A DNA stretch of 62,522 nucleotides, the filler included. It is 4 parts of 4 records of this genome, joined end to end, with 100 filler letters (N's around TTAATTAATTAA, not from the genome) between each part and the next. Parts side by side here need not be neighbours in the genome. Positions count along the whole stretch, not along the records: positions 51,287 to 62,522 come from SRR20825006_686; 3 more parts are not named here. The stretch is one strand, 5' to 3'. Below, one piece after another: positions 58,758 through 62,522 of this stretch. A program made the position numbers and the translations under genes. How positions within the stretch are numbered: position 1 is the first letter of the stretch; every line of letters starts with the position of its first letter. The notes beneath the pieces are model-generated. The model was not told where the DNA came from. It made no database searches and saw only the letters and a program-made list of their open reading frames with translations.

Positions 58758-59585
58758 ATGAAAAAAAATACACAAAAATCATTTAACAAAAGAATGGCAT
58801 CATACGGTGCTTTAGCTCTTGCAATTGCTGGAGTTTCTGATGCTACAGGACAAATTGAATATACAGATGTTGATCCTGATGAAGTATTAACAGGAACAAG
58901 ATTTCTACTAGACTTAAATGGAGACTCTGTTACAGATTTTGAAATTAGTAATGACGGCGCATTCTCTGGAGCAACTCCTGGAACAACTGCACGAGTATAT
59001 ACGTCAAACTATGGTTCTATCTTAGGGATGAATGGCGGAAACTATAACTATCCTTTCGCTTTAAGTGAGGGTGATCTTATTGATGAAACTCAATTAACTT
59101 GGATTACAAATTCAAACTACCAAACATTAAACTGGATGGGTTGTGCTTATACCAACAGCCAATGGTGTGATGGGCAAGTAGATAAATATTTAGGTCTACG
59201 TATTAGTATAGGTTCCGATCAATATTATGGATGGGTAAGATTAGATGTTCCTGCCGATGCTTCAAGCATAACTGTTAAAGATTATGCCATCAATACTGTT
59301 GCAAATGAAGGAATAGAAGCTGGAGATATGGGGTCTACTGCTGGAGTAGCTGATAATAACTTTGAAGGTTTTAAACATTTTGTTTCTAACAATCAATTAA
59401 ATCTTATTGCAAATACCTCAATGGAAAATGTTTCAATCCATAATTTACTTGGACAGCAAGTTATTTCTGAAAAGCTTTCAAGCAATAATGAAACAATTAA
59501 CCTTTCAGGATTACAAGCTGGTGTTTATATTACCGCTGTAACAATTAATGGAACTACTAAGACAGTTAAAATCATAAAAAACTAA
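58758..59585 (+). CDS. T9SS-secreted protein with a type A C-terminal sorting domain
   Basis: Long signal peptide ending ATG-Q, DLNGD-x-x-x-DF, KYLGLRI..YYGWVRL, C-terminal NLLGQ..L-x-x-GVY..TVKIIKN. Confidence 0.85.
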   Translation: MKKNTQKSFNKRMASYGALALAIAGVSDATGQIEYTDVDPDEVLTGTRFLLDLNGDSVTDFEISNDGAFSGATPGTTARVYTSNYGSILGMNGGNYNYPFALSEGDLIDETQLTWITNSNYQTLNWMGCAYTNSQWCDGQVDKYLGLRISIGSDQYYGWVRLDVPADASSITVKDYAINTVANEGIEAGDMGSTAGVADNNFEGFKHFVSNNQLNLIANTSMENVSIHNLLGQQVISEKLSSNNETINLSGLQAGVYITAVTINGTTKTVKIIKN

Positions 59586-59602
59586 TTTACTTTTTTAGTT
59601 TA

Positions 59603-59637
59603 TAAAAAAAGAGCGGCAAATTGCCGCTCTTTTTTTA
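59603..59637. terminator. Bidirectional terminator, copy 2 of the direct repeat, overlapping the rlmN stop codon
   Basis: TAAAAAAAGAGCGGCAAATTGCCGCTCTTTTTTTA between convergent genes. Confidence 0.9.
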
Positions 59638-60675
59638 TTGTTTATTTGCTAACTGTCCGCAAGCAGCATCTATATCTTTTCCACGGCTTCGGCGCACAGT
59701 TACCGGAATTCGGTCGTGTTCTAATGCCTGAAGGTAATCATCAATTGCTGTAGTAGAAGCTTGTTGGAAGTGGCCATCATCAATTGGGTTGTATTCAATA
59801 ATATTTACTTTACAAGGCACGTATTTGCAAAAAGTAACAAGCGCCTCAATATCCGCCCATTTATCATTTATACCTTTCCAAACTATGTATTCATACGTTA
59901 TTTTACGCTTTGTTTTAGCGTACCAATACTCTAATGCTTCCCGAAGATCTTCTAATATAAAACTCTTTGCAAAAGGCATAATTTGTTCACGTGTTTCTTG
60001 AATTGCAGAATGTAAGGAAACAGCAAGATTAAATTTCACTTCGTCATCAGCCAGTTTTTTAATCATTTTTGGCACACCAGAAGTAGAAACTGTAATTCGC
60101 TTTGGTGACATACCGAGCCCTTCATCTGAAGTAATTTTTTCAATGGATGCCAATACGTTTTTATAATTCATCAACGGCTCTCCCATTCCCATAAAAACAA
60201 TGTTTGAAAGTGGCTTATCGTGATACAATTTACTTTCGCGATCTATCGCAACTACTTGGTCGTAAATTTCATCTGGGTTTAGGTTGCGCATTCTTTTTAG
60301 TCTAGCAGTTGCACAAAAAGTGCAATCCAAACTACAACCCACTTGTGAAGAGACACAGGCAGTCGTTCTTTTTTTTGTTGGAATTAAAACCGATTCAACC
60401 ACCAGGCCATCATGAAGTTTTACGGCATTCTTAATGGTACCATCATTACTTTTTTGAAGATGATCAACTTTTATATGATTAATTACAAAGTTTTCATTTA
60501 AATGCGCCCGAGTTTCTTTTGATATATTAGTCATATCATCAAAACTATGACTGCCTTTACTCCAAAGCCATTCGTAAACTTGCGTTCCGCGGAAAGCTTT
60601 ATCACCAATACTCTCAAAAAAACTTCTCAGTTCTTCTTTTGAAAGCGCTCGTATGTCTTTTTTTTCTGAAACCAT
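59635..60675 (-). CDS. rlmN: Dual-specificity RNA methyltransferase RlmN
   Basis: CVSSQVGC-x-x-x-C-x-x-C, MGMGEP, IDAACGQL. Confidence 0.97.
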   Translation of the reverse strand: MVSEKKDIRALSKEELRSFFESIGDKAFRGTQVYEWLWSKGSHSFDDMTNISKETRAHLNENFVINHIKVDHLQKSNDGTIKNAVKLHDGLVVESVLIPTKKRTTACVSSQVGCSLDCTFCATARLKRMRNLNPDEIYDQVVAIDRESKLYHDKPLSNIVFMGMGEPLMNYKNVLASIEKITSDEGLGMSPKRITVSTSGVPKMIKKLADDEVKFNLAVSLHSAIQETREQIMPFAKSFILEDLREALEYWYAKTKRKITYEYIVWKGINDKWADIEALVTFCKYVPCKVNIIEYNPIDDGHFQQASTTAIDDYLQALEHDRIPVTVRRSRGKDIDAACGQLANKQ

Positions 60676-60679
60676 GGCG

Positions 60680-60687
60680 CAAAATTA
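60680..60687 (-). promoter_or_regulatory. -7 promoter element for rlmN
   Basis: TAATTTTG-CGCC-ATG. Confidence 0.65.
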
Positions 60688-60705
60688 CCATATTTTAAAG
60701 TAAAT

Positions 60706-60733
60706 AGCCTCTTTTCTTTTCAGAATAGAGGCT
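60706..60733 (-). terminator. Probable terminator after the protease gene
   Basis: AGCCTCTTTTCT-TTTC-AGAATAGAGGCT hairpin. Confidence 0.6.
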
Positions 60734-60759
60734 TTACTTAATTTAGAATTATGGTTGAT

Positions 60760-62418
60760 TTATCGTTTAATGATTATTTTCTTGGTGACAGAGTCATTGC
60801 TATCCTCATCTACCAAATGAAGAAAATAAACTCCTTCTGAAAGATTTTCAACTGCAATAGCATTCATTGTATTGGACAATGAACCTGAATGAATACGCTG
60901 CCCTAAAGCATTTGTAAATTGGTATGACAAATGTGGATACCTATTATTCATCACAGTAATATTGGTATTTGCAGGATTCGGATAAATTTTAAGATCCCCT
61001 ATCAATTGAAAATCAGGCAAGTTTAGTAAATTTTGAAGTGTTTCAATAGTGGTTTGTCCTGTGTTTAAAGGATCTAACCAATCCACTAGTCTGGTATCTG
61101 GTGTGTTTCCACCATTCCAGGAAACACCAAACCTTCCATAAATATCGTAGTCCTTATTATTTTCATAACCATCACAAGCTGACTGGCCTGCATATAGTTG
61201 ACCAATTATTCTTCCGTTTTCATTAAAAAGTGGAGAGCCAGACGAACCACTTTCTGTAGTTCCAATTTCCCATCCATCTCCTGTACCGTGTGCTCCACCT
61301 CCAATAAGCCAAACTTGTGTGCCGTTGGCATCATCTTTTTGCGCACCAGAATCATCACGAGCTATTTTCATGATATCGCCATTGGGATGATGTATTCCCA
61401 CTTCAAACTGCGGATTAGCATCAGAGTTATCCCAACCTGCAAAAGCAACATCCCAGGATTCTGGAATGGGGTCAAAAAGTTTTACCAATGCAAAGTCACT
61501 TTGACTATTTCTTGCTTTCAATTCTGCACCACTAATAGTAAAATTTGTTTGTATGTTTCCACTTTCGCCTTCTGTACCACAGACAGGTGTTGGGCTTACC
61601 CAATTAAATCGAATTGTCCAAAGTGCAGGATTGCTGTTTTCCAAACAATGGTTTGCCGTTAATAAATAAGGGGTTTTATCGTTTTTAGTATTATTAGTAA
61701 GAGCTGCGGAACATAAATGACCGTTTCCTAAGTTCAAAAGCGCCACTGCTTTTTTCACTAAATCTTTTTTAGAATCAAAATCATTTCCGATAGCACAGTT
61801 TACATCATAATTACAATCTCCAGAATCGTTAATTCCGCGATTATCATCAAATAACGTATTCACTCTTCCCATTCTATACCCATGAATAACGTTATTCACC
61901 TGAAGTCTCGGCGATGCTGTACTTTGCGGTGGCTGATAGTATTCTATCCAAATAATATCTCCTTCCACAAACCAAGTACCTAATTGACCTGCTTCTCTAT
62001 TTTGATTACTTGTAAATGTTGACGAAATATCGGTACGGTCGTTATTATAAAGTTGAAGTCTGGAACCTAAGGGTAGAAAAAAATCATCGAAATTCACACT
62101 TAAATTTAAAGCTCCAGATGATTGAATAGTTGCTCTCCATATTTTTCCGCCATTTGGCAAGTTTGTCCAGAGGCCACCAGTTTGCATATTTAAATTAACC
62201 TGCCTCTGAATACCATAACGCCATGGCATAGATTTATCCAAATCGTTTATACTATCCTGTAGCCTAATTTTATCGAAATCTAAACTAGGCAGTTTAATTA
62301 TTTTAGGAACTTCATCTAAATATAAATCCCAGCTTTCTGGCGTATCATTTCCGCCACCTTGCGAAAAGGCAGTAAAAAAAGTAACACATAAAATGAATAA
62401 AAGTGTAATTTTCTTCAT
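60760..62418 (-). CDS. Lysyl-endopeptidase-like trypsin-fold serine protease with a T9SS CTD
   Basis: Signal peptide and pro-region, LTANHC, SDFAL, GSSGSPL, IYPNP, L-x-x-GVYFL, KKIII. Confidence 0.9.
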   Translation of the reverse strand: MKKITLLFILCVTFFTAFSQGGGNDTPESWDLYLDEVPKIIKLPSLDFDKIRLQDSINDLDKSMPWRYGIQRQVNLNMQTGGLWTNLPNGGKIWRATIQSSGALNLSVNFDDFFLPLGSRLQLYNNDRTDISSTFTSNQNREAGQLGTWFVEGDIIWIEYYQPPQSTASPRLQVNNVIHGYRMGRVNTLFDDNRGINDSGDCNYDVNCAIGNDFDSKKDLVKKAVALLNLGNGHLCSAALTNNTKNDKTPYLLTANHCLENSNPALWTIRFNWVSPTPVCGTEGESGNIQTNFTISGAELKARNSQSDFALVKLFDPIPESWDVAFAGWDNSDANPQFEVGIHHPNGDIMKIARDDSGAQKDDANGTQVWLIGGGAHGTGDGWEIGTTESGSSGSPLFNENGRIIGQLYAGQSACDGYENNKDYDIYGRFGVSWNGGNTPDTRLVDWLDPLNTGQTTIETLQNLLNLPDFQLIGDLKIYPNPANTNITVMNNRYPHLSYQFTNALGQRIHSGSLSNTMNAIAVENLSEGVYFLHLVDEDSNDSVTKKIIIKR

Positions 62419-62494
62419 TCGAATAACTGAATATATTTCAATAGACTAATATATATTTTTATTTTGACATTTGAAAACCAAACGCTTGGAAAAT

Positions 62495-62522
62495 AAAAAA
62501 TCCCGATATATCGGGATTTTTT
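62495..62522. terminator. Bidirectional-type terminator of a gene outside the window
   Basis: AAAAAATCCCGATATATCGGGATTTTTT palindrome. Confidence 0.75.

Noticed and set aside
59635-60675. Possible Cfr resistance methyltransferase
   Set aside because: Housekeeping context and sequence fit RlmN.

Overview
The window is four contigs joined by artificial 100-nt linkers (N44-TTAATTAATTAA-N44 at 19052-19151, 33672-33771 and 51187-51286), so adjacency across linkers means nothing. Contig 1 (1-19051) is part of a Flavobacteriaceae-type integrative conjugative element. Its mob genes (+) and tra genes (-) converge on about 12 kb of stress and metabolic cargo: a SET protein, an SDR, katE, a six-gene SbnA-like/CreE-like flavoprotein/fold-III PLP enzyme/SemiSWEET operon, DUF421 and an AlkB-like oxygenase. 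Contig 2 (19152-33671) is Flavobacteriaceae chromosome (ileS, recO, porZ, gdhA) and includes an unusual 2xcNMP-acyltransferase-SGNH hydrolase fusion. Contig 3 (33772-51186) is a GC-richer alphaproteobacterial housekeeping region (holC, pepA, lptFGD, surA, pdxA, rsmA, gmk, mltG, fabF, acpP) with a candidate sRNA. Contig 4 (51287-62522) is Flavobacteriaceae chromosome (dnaG, an ECF sigma trio, a polyprenyl synthase, rlmN). It holds the best candidate for an undescribed system: a 3.7-kb islet bracketed by a 29-bp directly repeated terminator. The islet encodes an unannotated 50-aa PEP-CTERM-like peptide overlapping the start of an alkaline-phosphatase-fold/TPR/sulfotransferase fusion, divergent from a T9SS-secreted protein. 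All calls come from reading motifs by eye; no searches were run.
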